Assembly (NCBI GenBank): GCA_951406725.2
Contig: OX597822.1
Location: 57,288,001 to 57,352,000 of the forward strand
Source of the DNA: Octopus vulgaris
Taxonomy: Eukaryota
Direction of reading: 5' to 3'
DNA: 64,000 nt
In this document: piece after piece, positions 26,051 to 39,199 of the stretch
Position numbering within the stretch: position 1 is the stretch's first letter
Layout: every line of letters starts with the position of its first letter
Program-made: the position numbers and the translations under genes
Notes under the pieces: model-generated
Database searches by the model: none
Told to the model about the DNA's origin: nothing
The model's input: the letters and a program-made list of their open reading frames with translations, nothing else

Positions 26051-27494
26051 ACAGATCATGAATTAGCCTCCAAATGTACCAAGAGTTAATATTCTTTGGT
26101 TATGTCAATAATCTTAAATGCTGCTTCTTCGTATATGAGACAAATAAGAGAGATTGAAAGAGATAGCAGCAATAAATTATTTAAAGAAATGTGCATCTTT
26201 CCCAGTCTGATAGTACTTAATATTTTAGGCAACCAAACAGCATGTGATTGTACAAAGTTTGCGAATATCGCTTAAAGGTACATTAACATAGTTGAAAATA
26301 AGTTTAGTCCAGCAACATTAATAAAATATTAGCTTCGCATAATCTGTTGTAAAAGTTATTCGTAAATATTTTCTTATTTATAAGTTCAATATATAATTCA
26401 GTGTTACAGACATGCGTTAAATGAATATGATAGAGTTAGTTTCGTTTGACCGCCAAATATTTGCAAGTTGATAATGGTCAGAAAAGTAAAGGCAAAAAGC
26501 AAATAAAGTATGCGTTTTTAAACTGGTAGGAACAGTAACTGCCAGATAAGTTCTCGTGATTGGAAACAAGTGAAAAGAGAGTCAATTGTGCTCTTTGTTG
26601 TCGGTTCAACGTCGGTCGTAGAAACAGGATTACGTTAAACTGGAGTGAAATCCAAAACTAAGTCACTCAAAAGAAGAATCATTTGTACTTCACCTTAAAT
26701 ATGTAAAAATGATCGACAGACTTCTGGCTTCTTGATGGTTCAAATAAAACTAAAACGTCGCTTGCGTGTGAAAGTCCGTACAAATGCATTGTTTAATATT
26801 CATCATTCTTCAACTGCAATCCTATCATTATCTTTGGATTATATAACTACAAGAATTTTTTGATGTAGAAAGATGAGATAATGATAGATACGCTCGTAAC
26901 ACATTTTGTCTTGCTTGCTGATTAATAGATATCAATGTTATGCTTATTTATATTTTATAAGTGCTTGTCATTTCGATAGAAATTTGCAATCATTATTTGC
27001 AGTAGTGTGGGATAATCTTTATTTCTTTATGAATAATGTAAGCTAGTTATAGCCTTTTATAAATCATGCATAAATAAATATACTTTATCATAAATTTATT
27101 GGCATCTATAAGCATGATCTAAGCTTTCCTAGTTTTTCATGCTAGATTAGCCACTAGATGTATGGCTGAAAAAATGCACACTTACTGACCTTTATCTTTT
27201 TCCCTCAATCTCTAGGTATTTGGCTGAAACAACGAGCCTGCCGATTTGCTTGCTTTCTGTCGTTTCTTCTCTCTCTTTACTCTCTCTTTTCGCTTAGGCA
27301 CTCCTTCCTCACCCTCTCCTTCCTTTATCTTCCTCTTTCTCTTTATCTCTCTCATTAGATGACGACTAAATGAACGTCTCTTTCTTTTTCTCTATCTCTT
27401 GCAACTTAAGCTTTCCCCTTCGCTATTAAGTAACAATTCCTTCCGTGTTTTTCTTTTTCTTTTTTACCTCTTTATAAATAAACATTTTCTGAGA

Positions 27495-27670
27495 ATTTGT
27501 GGCTGTGTAGCAAGAAGTGTATATCGAAATCATATGGTTCCAGGTTCAGTACCACTGCGTGGCACTCTGAGTGTATTTTTACTTTAGTTACGCCTGGAAA
27601 AACCTTTGTGAGTGGCTCTCTTAGACACGCTTTGTAAGTGACTCTCCTAAACTGAAAGAAGCCCGTCGTA
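27495..27670 (+). mobile_element. tRNA-derived SINE 5' part
   Basis: gtggctgtgtagcaagaag...ggttcagtaccactgcgtggcac; same family as 12776-13505. Confidence 0.7.
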
Positions 27671-27679
27671 TATATATAG

Positions 27680-27990
27680 AGAGAGGACACACAATCAACA
27701 GATCGAGCACGGGAGATAACGTTTTGGATAATGGTGGAGGGGTATCCTCGTTGGGTGAATTGGTGAGCCATGAGTTGGGACTGTGACTCATGGTTATCAC
27801 AACAGAACCGACGGAGGCGGAGGACCTGAGAGTAAGAGATGGACAGTTTGGTGTGGGCAGAGGGGGGAAGCGAAGAAGTTGAGATAAGAGCATGAGTCTG
27901 TGGATGAAGTATGAGTTTATGGATGGAGGTGGTAAAAGAGGCGTGGTGCATGGGAAAAGTTGACAAACGTGTTGGAGACAGAGCAGGAGA
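27680..27990 (-). mobile_element. Penelope/Poseidon-type RT thumb fragment
   Basis: HTKLSISYSQVLRLRRFC...LMAHQFTQRGYP. Confidence 0.8.
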
Positions 27991-28098
<108 letters not shown>

Positions 28099-29894
28099 CT
28101 ATATTAATCATAAGGACGCGTTAATACGTTTACCTGCTAGAAATGAGAGGTAAAGCTCACATTTATTTTCAGTGTCATTTTCAATGTTTTAGCTCTACTT
28201 TCTAGCAAGAGAGGTAGACGTATAAGTGCGTCCTTATTATTAATATAATTTGAATTCTATAGCTATATAATGCAATTTTAGGCCTGCAACCACCTATACC
28301 AATGTTGATGTTATTATCAACTATTTATTTTGCCTTCGATAATAATAGCAATATTAATATCTATATAAATATTCAATCCTGAATATTTGCTGCTGATTAT
28401 ATATTGGGTTGGTGCATAATTATTGCGGCCTTTTTTTTTTTTTTTCAACAAATTTTATTCAACAAAAACAAAGGTCTCCTTCATCGAAAACCGGTGTTTA
28501 CCATGCGTTGACGAGAGGCAATTACCTTGAAACTATAGTCCGTATGTATCACTTAGGTTTTCGAGGGAGGATGACCTCCCTTTGCAAATAACACAAGGGC
28601 ACTGAAATTTTGTGTCTAAGGCCAACTGGTGACGTTGATCTCCTGGGGCTAAAAGCATCAGTAACACCCCACCCCCAGTGGCTAGCCACATTCAGATGGC
28701 TAGTACACTTTACGTTGTCGAGCGGTTACTGTTTATATCTCGTTCAGAGATTTATTAATGCTCTCGTTCAGAGATTTAATAAAATTTCTGTATTCTTTTA
28801 TATATAAATGAGGATTTTTGTCCTCATCTTGTTTGTTGTTAACACAACGTTTAGGCCGATATACCCTCCAGCCTTCATCAGGTGTCTTGGGGAAATTTTG
28901 AACCTGAGTTCTCATTCCTAAGTATTTTTCGATGTTGTTGTTATTATTATTATTATTAATCGAACACGGAATCTTCGGGTTAGTAGCCCGAGCTCTTAAC
29001 CACTACGCCATATGCCCGTGGGCAATTTATGGAGTGAATTTTAGGATTTATAAATCTAATATTTTTCTATCCTTCCTTAATACTGGTTCCCATATGATGT
29101 TCATACCAGCACTCGGTCTGCTTAGGGGGTCGTGTCCTAGTATATGTGCTGCTTCTTTTAGTATTCGTATTTTCCAGTGGTGTTCTCTGTCTATTATTTT
29201 AACTTTATCCCACAGAGGGAGGTGGTCTCCGTTTTTTCCTACATGATTACCTATACCCTATTTATCAATATCTCATCGCGTCACAGCTTTGTGATGCTTC
29301 TCTACCCTTATTTTGAGGGGGCGATATGTTTCGCCTTTGTATAACCTACCACAGCTGCATGGGATGGAGTACACGCAGTTTTTGGTCATATTCTCTTTGT
29401 TGGTGTTTTTACTCGAAGGAGATATTTGCGAAGTGTTGTGTTACTTTTGAATACTATCCTATGGGCCGCATATCTTTTGTATCTTTTTGGAGAGGCCGTT
29501 TACATAGGATAGACAGACTGTGAACAGTTTATTGGTTTCATCTTCTCTTTTCTTCATAACTGGAGTGGAGAGTATGCTTTTGGGATAGTTGTTGCTTAAT
29601 AGATTGTTACTGAGCTTGATCATTTCTTCGTGGTGTGTATCACGATCGCTACTTATATTCATTGCTCTGTTTTAGGCACTGTATAGATGGCACTGAGAAA
29701 TCCCTCTCTTTATATTGTATAGACAGAGAACACCACTGGAAAATACGAAAACTAAAAGAAACAGCACATATGCTAGGACACATAAGCAGACCGAGTAAGC
29801 AGACCGAGTGCAGATATAAACAGCATATGGGAACCGGTATTAAGGAAGGTTGTGAGAATATTAGATTTATAAAATTCACTCCATAATGGCCCAC

Positions 29895-29968
29895 GGGCAT
29901 ATGGCGTAGTAGTTAAGAACGCGGGCTACTAACCCCAAGATTCCTAGTTTGATTCCAGGCAGTGACCT
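29895..29968 (+). other. tRNA-like (Pol III A/B box) module inside the PLE terminal repeat; mirror at ~28958-29017 (-)
   Basis: gggcatatggcgtagt(a/g)gttaaga..cgggctactaaccc.aagattcc..gtt(t/c)gattcc. Confidence 0.7.
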
Positions 29969-30050
29969 TAATAATAATAATAATGATAATAATAATAATA
30001 ACATCGAAAAATACCTTAGGAATGAGAACCCAGGTTCAAAATTTCCCCAA

Positions 30051-30096
30051 GACACCTGATGAAGGCTGGAGGGTATATCAGCCGAAACGCTGTGTT
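30051..30096 (+). ncRNA. minimal type I hammerhead motif; mirror at 28841-28886 (-)
   Basis: GACAC-CUGAUGA-A-GGCUG..CAGCC-GAAAC-G(C/U)U-GUGUU; each copy has a different single core lesion and the two-copy consensus is intact. Confidence 0.75.
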
Positions 30097-30436
30097 AACA
30101 ACAAACATGATGGGGACAAATATCCGTCAAAGGTAAGTAATGTAAATAATGTACATAATTCCTCATCTCTTAAATATAGAACTGTAAAAATAATAACAAT
30201 ATTTAACAAAAACATCTTTAAATGACGGTCTGACCGTCTACCAAGCAAATGGGAAGCAGTAATTGAAGTAGATAGGGAATAGGCTCCGAAATAATTATTT
30301 AAAGATGTTTTTGTTACATGTTGTTATTGTTTTCGTTGAATAAAATTTGTTGATAAAAAGCTGCAATAATTATGCACGAACCCAATATATATATATGCTA
30401 TGATGTAACAATGGAACCGAGAGCACTCAATACATG

Positions 30437-30920
30437 TATTGCAGAAGGAAAGAGTGAGAGAAAGTTGTGGCGAAAGAGTCAGCAGAAGTTCGCCATTACC
30501 TTCTGCCGGAGCCGCGTGGAGCATAGGTGTTTCGCTCATAAACACACACACATCGCCCGGTCTGAGATTCGAACCCACGATCCCTCGACCGCGAGTCCGC
30601 TACTCTAACCACTAGGCCATGTGCTTCAACTACGACTCTAAATAATCTTATCTAATTTCTATAGTTCTTTCCTTTAGGTGAAAGTAATAATAAATAAATG
30701 CACCCTTTTAAAGCCTAACCAGGCTCATGGGCCCGGTTTCCCGGTTTCTATGGCGTATGTGTTCCCCAGCTGGACGGGACGCCAGTCCATCGCAGTGTTA
30801 CTCATTTTTGCCAGCTGGGTGGACTGGAGAAACGTGAAATGAAGTGTTTTGCTCAAGAACACAACGCGTCTTACGATCATAATACTGACACCCTAATCAC
30901 TAAGCCACGCGCCTCCACAC
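30437..30920 (-). mobile_element. two tRNA-derived SINEs (30437-30628 and 30697-30920)
   Basis: Heads (rc) cacatggcctagtggttagagtagcggactcgcggtcgagggatcgtgggttcgaatctc and gtggaggcgcgtggcttagtg. Confidence 0.8.
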
Positions 30921-31604
30921 TTAGGTGGGAATACAAACCTTTATATCAAAATACAAATCTTCGTTTCAAAATTTAACATACAGTTTCGAAACTGATTTTG
31001 TTTAATAGCAGAAATTGGGATAGGGTTTATGTTAGTGATCAGTAAAACCAAAATACTGAGAGAGCATTTTGTAAAGATCAACACACAATAAAAAAAATTG
31101 ATTAAAGGAAAGAATGGAACGAAGATATAACTAAAAATATATTGCACGTGCTTCGATACATAATTTATCTTTTATGCAAGTTTCAAGTATCAACCGAAGA
31201 TTCTATTTCTGATAGTAAAACAGTATGCAGTTAAATGTTTGCTGTAATAACATGGATGTTATGTGTGTGTAAATGTGTGTGGGGGTGTGTAAAAGAGATT
31301 GATTTCGTATATGGAGTAGTATATTGATTAAGTCGACTTCATAATATTTCTGATGCATATTTTATGAGCCTGGAAGAAAATTAGATTATCTTATAGTTGT
31401 TTCTTTAGCTTTTATAAATATGTTTTTGCATATTTGTCTCTGTGTGTATATATATATATATATATAGGTAGATAGATAGATAGATATACACACACATACA
31501 TACGTACATACATACATACATACATACGTACATACATACATACATACATACATACATACATACATACATACATACATACATACATACATACATACATACA
31601 TACA

Positions 31605-32680
31605 TACAGGGTATCCCAAAAAGGGTATAAACTTATTGAATGATTATAAATGTGCTAGAATCTACATACAGAATTAAATTTTTATATGAACGCCTGTTTT
31701 CAAACAGATAACCGCTATGATCCAGATATTGTTGATAATACTAAACCATAGCAAATATTAAAAAATATTACGGTCGTTATTTGTGTGCATTTTCCTTCAA
31801 TGATTGCTCTCAATTCTTCGACTGTTGCCGGTTTTCTAACGTAAACTTCATTTTTTTGAGTATTCTCATAAACAATTCTATTGATATACGGTCCGGTGAA
31901 CGCACAGGATATTCTACTGCACTTCTTCGTCCAATCCACATGCTTAGCATAATTTCATCATGGTGGTAGTCTCTTACATTATCCTGGTAGAGTGGGAGCG
32001 CCCCATCTTAACGGAAATAAAACCCTGCATCTTCCTAAGTCTTTTTGAATCCTTGGCATGACAGACTGCTACAGGGAATTCAAGTATTGGGATCTGTCAC
32101 AGTACCGTCAATAAAGAATGGTTCGAGTAATTCTTTTGATGATAAGCCGCACCGAAATTCCTGGTAAAATGTGGATTCTTAGGTCCCTTGTACTGCAATT
32201 GTGGATGCTATTTGAGCCATTTAATCTGAGTACCACTCACAAAACTCCACCCTTTGGTCGAAATCATTGGAAAGTAACGTTTCCAATGACAGAACTTACA
32301 AATGCGATGAACGCTGGTTTTGGAGTTCCTACTTCCCGACTCGCATGTAGCACAGATAGCTTGAACTCTGAAAATACGTTTCTAGTGCCTTTCTTGCTTT
32401 TTTTCTTGGTGTCCTCCATTTCCATGTTCATCTGAGACATTTCTTGTGAACATTGTAAACAGTTCCATATGCTTTAAGCTTATCTCTAATTCGCGTGAGA
32501 GTTAAGTCATGTAGTAGGATTTGCTAGAAACTTCTTTCTAAATTGTCTATGCACTCCGACAGCGTTTTCAAATTCCCAATAGCACTTAGAATAAATTTTC
32601 TTCGTTCAAAGCTTATCCTAACTCCCTTCATTATTTCTAATGGTTAAAATTGGAGGTATGAGAGTCATCTTGGGTACATA
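31605..32680 (-). mobile_element. Tc1/mariner (maT-like) transposase remnant
   Basis: Terminus tacagggtatcccaaaaag; GFYFR*DGALPLY, WIGRRSAVEYPVRSPD, KNEVYVRKPATVEELRAII. Confidence 0.75.
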
Positions 32681-32727
32681 CATATGTGTGTGTCTGCCTG
32701 CCTGTTTGTCTGTTCTGTGCATGTGTG

Positions 32728-32814
<87 letters not shown>

Positions 32815-32850
32815 ATTGTTCTGCTTTATACCACATTTCTGCATTTATTT

Positions 32851-32885
32851 TTTCTGATGAAGGATTAACGTTCGAGACGTTAAAG
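32851..32885 (+). ncRNA. degenerate minimal hammerhead motif
   Basis: UUU-CUGAUGA-AGGAUUAACGUUC-GAGAC-GUU-AAA. Confidence 0.5.
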
Positions 32886-33538
32886 GCATTTTCCCTTTCG
32901 TTTCAAACGTTATACTAATAATACCTCTCTTAAAAGTTGTACCTGCTATTGCGTTTTTCTTGTTTTTGCACTCATGATATATTTGTATGTGTGAGTGTAT
33001 ATGTGTGTGTGTGTTTTCATTTCCACAGACAGAACGAATATTGTCACTACCATTGCTTAAGAGCCAGTTTTGAATCTGTACAGCATGCAGAGTTTGATAT
33101 GTATCTGATCTAAACTCATTTTAAAGGGCAATAGCTATACGTATTTCCCCACAGTGGTATAAAATAATCTGGAGAGAAATAGAAAAACATTAGGGTGTAA
33201 AAACTAATGCTTACTTTCTCGCAAGTATTGAAAAAGTGCTCCCAAATTAATCGTGCCAAAAACGAGATATATCTTCCTTTCCAACATAATGTACAAGTAT
33301 GTGTGCATGCCTCTATTCATGTATGTATGTATGTATGTATGTATGTATGTATGTATGTATGTATGTATGTATAGGCATAGGCATAGCTGTGTAGTTGCGC
33401 TTAAGAAAAAGTTTAGGCTGGTCACTGTAAAGTACGTCAGAGGAGAAAACCCCCTTTTACAACGAGATTGTGTTCAACACGCTTGGCTCATTGGAGCACG
33501 TATAATCCACATCTAATTGTTATTCAGTTTTATGAAAC

Positions 33539-33632
<94 letters not shown>

Positions 33633-34561
33633 CAAGATGTACAGACAAACAGACAGATGGGTGCATATGTATATGAACGACAGAACCCATTAGCAGAAAT
33701 TGTAACCACCCACTAACAATCTACTAAAAACTTAGTAAGCACTAATAGAACAGCAATAGAATTCAATATATTTTCCGATAAAGAGTATTTAACCTGACTG
33801 AACATTATTATAATATACACTAACAAATACATAATTTATAGAAAAACTGAAATGCATACAAAACAAAACAGAATGATTTGAAATTCACAGTGACTTAAAC
33901 TTAATTGGGTTTCTTATATATTGTATAAAGTTTTTCTGGCTAGATTTCCAGATCGATTTCAAACATCGAGCAGATCTTTTTTATTTATTTCCTGTATTCG
34001 ATAATTAAAAGCAATGAATATATTCTAACTGTGGTTAGATGTGAAGTAAACTGACGTGATTAGTGCGCGAAATCTTTTCACCAAGAAAAGAGAAGCAACA
34101 TTTATGATTTAGGCTAAATGCACATATTTGCCAATTTCTCGATTAAATATTCTGCCAACTGTTTTATAGCAGTGTTTCCCAACGTGGGTCGCATGCCCCA
34201 TTGCCCCATCGTTGGGACATAACAAAACTTTTTTTGATGAGGTATGGAATTACAGCGAAGAAAACTTTAGTAAGATTTTAATTAAAATTTCTAGTATTTA
34301 TTTCCTGTGTATATCCTGCTGATGAAGGAAAAGCCATGAGGTAGATCCAGAAATTACCTAATCCAAGGCTATCTATTTTATTAATAACTGCTGTTGGTTT
34401 GTTGCGTCGAATTCAACACATGCTTGTGTCCTCTTTAGTGGTGAGATGATTTAGTGTCTATTTTCAGCATATAGGCTCGAAGATTTCTTTCTAACGCCCT
34501 TGCTATGGCGAAAATGCGGATAATTTTTTTACTTTTCCTCGTATATATAAATATATGTATG

Positions 34562-34631
<70 letters not shown>

Positions 34632-34740
34632 TGTGTGTGTGTGTGTGTATGTGTGTGTGTGTGTGTAAATGTATATATATATATATATATATAACAAAGT
34701 AAAGTTGTAAGGTACCGCACGAGTGGAAATATATATGATT

Positions 34741-35203
34741 GAAGGTTTGAAAATGCAATTTTAAAGATGTTTATTGACTTGACCGGTTTCAATGTTTTCG
34801 ATAAAGATTGTCAAAAGTAAAATGTACAGCTTTGTATATGCTTTGCTGTAAGTACTGGTTGTCACGAAAGTATTAAAATACAATTATACATTCTTTGATA
34901 ATAATAAGAGAATGTTAAAAACAGCTTACAAGAAAGTGTTTAAGAAATTATTCAATAGTGAAGTCATAATATTTTTTGTAATCCCGTTCTGAATAATTTC
35001 TTAAATACTTTCTTGTAAGCTGTTTTTAACATTCTCTTATTATTATCAAAGAATGTATAACTGTATTTTAATACTTTCGTGACAACCAGTACTTACAGCA
35101 AAGCATATACAAAGCTGTACATTTTACTTTTGACAATCTTTTTCGAAAAAATTGAAACCGGTCGAGTCAATAAACATCTTTAAAATTGCATTTTCAAACC
35201 TTC
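34741..35203. repeat. 214-bp near-perfect inverted repeat (PLE-type), each arm with an atypical hammerhead-like motif
   Basis: Arms 34741-34954 / 34990-35203; motif ACUU-UUGACAA-U..AUU-GAAAC-CG-GUC-(A/G)AGU at 35126-35167. Confidence 0.85.
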
Positions 35204-35269
35204 TTTCATATTTTCTTAGCTGTAGTTTCAATTAAAATTGAATGCACAAAAGATCTCAGGTATGCAAAC

Positions 35270-36450
35270 AGTAAACAGTCACCCGAGGTTATTACAAGAA
35301 GTTCGACTCCCTTCATTTAGAGAAGGTTGACAAAGCAGTTCATATAGTAGCGCAAGAGATTTAAATCGTTGAAAGGGAGGAAGAATAAGAACAAAATGCA
35401 GGGAGAAGGAAGAGGATATCTGTGAAGTAGGAAGAAAAGGCAGAGGCAGAAAAGAATTGAAAAGCAGAGAGCGGAAAGGGAATTGCGCTGACATGTGGGG
35501 AATGAACAGAGGTAGAATAAATGAAAGAGAGATAGGAGAGGAGAAGGTTACTTTGTCAGTTTGGAGAAAGGAAGCGTCACTAAGCAGACAATAAATCAGT
35601 TATAGACGGCAGCTGAGCAAATAGAGAGACTGGAAGAGATAAGCAATGAATGAAAGTAGTAGGAGTGGGGTATCGGAGGAGGAAAGTATGCTGAGATAGG
35701 AAGAAAATGGTACAAGGAGAATGGAGAAAGAAAATGCTGCTGGCAGTACAGCTAAGTAATAAGTAAAGGCTTAAATACAATTAGAAGAACTCATAAATAC
35801 TTTAGGTTATAGGCAAAAGTGGAATAAAATGTGTGCTTACACGAGATTACGTCAGAGAACCTATTGAGTAACGAGGTATTATGATGGCAAAAAATAGCGA
35901 TTGATTCCCTGCAACACAACTTACAAACGCGGTAGATAGTATTGTACGGAAAAGTCACACAAACTACGGACACGGACAACGTATAAAGAATATTCTGGGA
36001 CTTGTGGTGGTGTATGTATGTAGCTAGGAAGGTAGAGAATTTAGAGGTTCTATTTGAGAATGAATCCAAGTGAACCCGGTAGCGACGCTTGAAATCAATC
36101 GTTCCACCAATGTAGACTTTATCTTGGTTACTCGGCTTTTTATATATGACATTATATACTCTAAGCTGATTCATATGATCAGTTATCCTCGAGGGGGGGG
36201 GACCAGTAGTATTGTCGTTGCTAGTATGGGGCTGGGAGATAACGTCAGTGCTGTCACATGTTAGAGTTGTAAGTACTAAGGGCATTGGCACCAGAGTTGT
36301 TATTTCCAATAGGCGCAAGCTTAGCAGCCTTATTGTTGGCCCTACGCACTATCCACCTGGACTCTACTCTAACCCGCCATATACTAATACCATGTGCTTT
36401 AGAAAGCCTACCTACTTCAATAATAGCAACCAATTCTCTAACTTGACATA
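35270..36450 (-). mobile_element. PLE 3' fragment, Hydra-like GIY-YIG
   Basis: NVIYKKPSNQDKVYIGGTIDFKRRYRVH...VCKLCCRE...LLNR...SCKH. Confidence 0.8.
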
Positions 36451-36891
36451 TTAAATTTAGAGAGCCCTACTTGTTAGGAGACTGTCACTAGACATGTTCA
36501 TTCAACCGTGTTAGTCTTAACTTACGGCGCAAAAAATATTGTCACATGACATTAATGCACGAACGTAGCGGGGAACTTACAAAAACTTCTGAGCCGAATC
36601 ATGTGATCATCCTCTGCCAATCAAACTGTATCCTAAACAGATACTATTTTGAGCCATCTTCTCTCCATAAAAACAAGAGAATTTTCGAACTTCAGTTGGA
36701 AGAAAGACAGACACGGCATAGTCCCACAGGTTTCTATCTGGTATAACTTTTGAAAAGCAGAAAAATCTGTGAATTCGTTAACCTTTAAAGATAAACCGTC
36801 TAAAACACTCACTTTTGCATTTTCAACTTAATTTTTTTCTATATTTCTACCCATGTGGGATAATATATATATATATATGTATATACATATA

Positions 36892-36935
<44 letters not shown>

Positions 36936-36968
36936 TGTATATATATATATTTATATTTGTGTATATAA

Positions 36969-37027
<59 letters not shown>

Positions 37028-37536
37028 TGTGTGAGTGTGTAACTAAAGAAATGGAGTTAAACACGAGTGTTATTGAAATCTTTATACTTCCAACATATGT
37101 TTCGAAGAAAACATTGGTACTATTCCAGAGGGAATAAAATGATGTGAAACAATACGATCTTCTTATCAGGGAAAGAAAGAGAAACAAAATACATCAATAA
37201 GCCATTTTAACCCAATGTGATAACTGCGTATATAATGAAGGGAACGCTGACAATTTATTTTTAAAAAAAACGTTAATAGATTTAACGTCAAATGCAATTT
37301 AGAGAAAGAGAAGGAGGAGAAAGAAAGAAATTAGCTGAAAACCAAGAGTGGAGAAATGTAGTGCACTACATATCTATCTATTGCAAGCATAAAGGACAAT
37401 TTAGATATCAGTAGAGAGCAAATATTTTGGCAGCAAAATAACTTAACAGCAGAATCATTGTAAATATTTGCTTTCTATTGATGATATGAATATGTTTAAA
37501 TAGCTGACTTTTCCTTTATGCTTGAGGTATAAGCAG

Positions 37537-37618
37537 GCATCTGATGAGAACGGTTTTTTGTAATGATGTCATGCTTTCATTGATCAATTAAAGGAATCGC
37601 TCGAAACGGCCGTAATGT
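37537..37618 (+). ncRNA. type I hammerhead ribozyme, intact core
   Basis: GCAU-CUGAUGA-GAACGGUUUUUU...AAAGGAAUCGCUC-GAAAC-GGCC-GUA-AUGU. Confidence 0.85.
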
Positions 37619-38394
37619 ATTGATGCTTATACATCTTTGTTACTCATTTATATTTTACTCACCTACTCTGGAACCTGCTCTTCGGAAGTATTTGGAAAGT
37701 ATCTTTATATAAAGTACAAAGAGCAGATTTATAAATTGGATCGTGCCATCTGCATACACTGCATAAATATTGGGTGAAAAAAATTCTATGTGGAGTTTGA
37801 TAATCACCTAATATTGTTTGGGTGCGCAAATAAGTTCGCCTTAAAAAGGTACCTCAATTTACTACCTAATTCAACTAAATCGAAATTACATTTACGTGTG
37901 CGTGTGTGTCTGAGTGTGTGTGTGTGCGTGTGTGTTCTACATACTACATACTACATACTCGTTCAAGTTGGGGTGCATGTTTTTGTTTTTTTTAATGGAC
38001 GGTGGCGTGGGACAAAAACATTTAAAGAAATACTGCTTGGGAGTTGATACAGTGTACTGCACCGACTATCACATAAGATACAGATTAAATTGTAACCTCT
38101 AACTAAAACATCGTATAATAAGTTCCACTTTAGTCAAGCATTTAAAACAGGAGCTGAAAAACTTTTCCATATGGAAGGGTGTATTCGGGTGAAAGATATT
38201 AAAAATAATGGCTTCTGATTTAAACACACGGTCTATATTTTTGTGGGGCGGAGTTAGCCAATGTCATTAACCCAAGTATTTGACTAGTATTTTATTTTAT
38301 CGACGCCAAAAGAATGAAAGGATGCAGGACATAAAGAGCGGGAAGAAATACAGCAAGGATTTTTGTGCGACGAATGGAAGGTTCTGTCAGCTAA

Positions 38395-38465
<71 letters not shown>

Positions 38466-38506
38466 ATATATGTATATATATATGTATCTATATGTATATA
38501 TATATG

Positions 38507-38594
<88 letters not shown>

Positions 38595-38601
38595 TATACA
38601 T

Positions 38602-38659
<58 letters not shown>

Positions 38660-38738
38660 TATATACACAAATATGAGAGAGAATATACTTGGTGTTAAAT
38701 TGATGTTATTAAATTAATATATATATATTAAATTAAAT

Positions 38739-38771
<33 letters not shown>

Positions 38772-38784
38772 GTATATATATATG

Positions 38785-38815
<31 letters not shown>

Positions 38816-38822
38816 GTATATA

Positions 38823-38890
<68 letters not shown>

Positions 38891-39199
38891 AGTATATATA
38901 TATATATGTATATATATATATACATATATATATACACAAATATGAGAGAGAATCTGTTTTTTATGCGCTAAACCACTTGGTGTTAAATTGATGTTATTAA
39001 ATTAATATCCAATTTTTTTCACTCTTATTTTGATTTTAATTATGTATATATTGTATTTGGTTTGCAAGATTCTTTGTGTGAATTTGTGTGTTGAAGCATT
39101 TTTATTGTGTCTGGGGAGAGTCATTCTCTTTTAGTGCTTTATTATTTAACACACTCACCGTATGTTAAATAAGTAAATGAGTGGAAATCGAACTCTTGA

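Larger units (their letters stand above)
28795..30185 (-). mobile_element. Penelope/Poseidon-type element with inverted duplication of its 3' end
   Basis: GIY-YIG KNCVYSIPCSCGRLYKGETYRPLKIRVEKH...EHHWKIRILKEA on minus; 28795-29195 mirrored by 29718-30125; tail to 30185. Confidence 0.88.
28402..30387. mobile_element. mariner-derived non-autonomous element hosting the PLE below
   Basis: TIRs tattgggttggtgcataattattgc / gcaataattatgcacgaacccaata; C-terminal remnant DRLPSKWEAVIEVDRE. Confidence 0.8.

Noticed and set aside
29895-29968. Functional tRNA gene
   Set aside because: Poor acceptor stem, no oligo-T terminator, and embedded in a repeat
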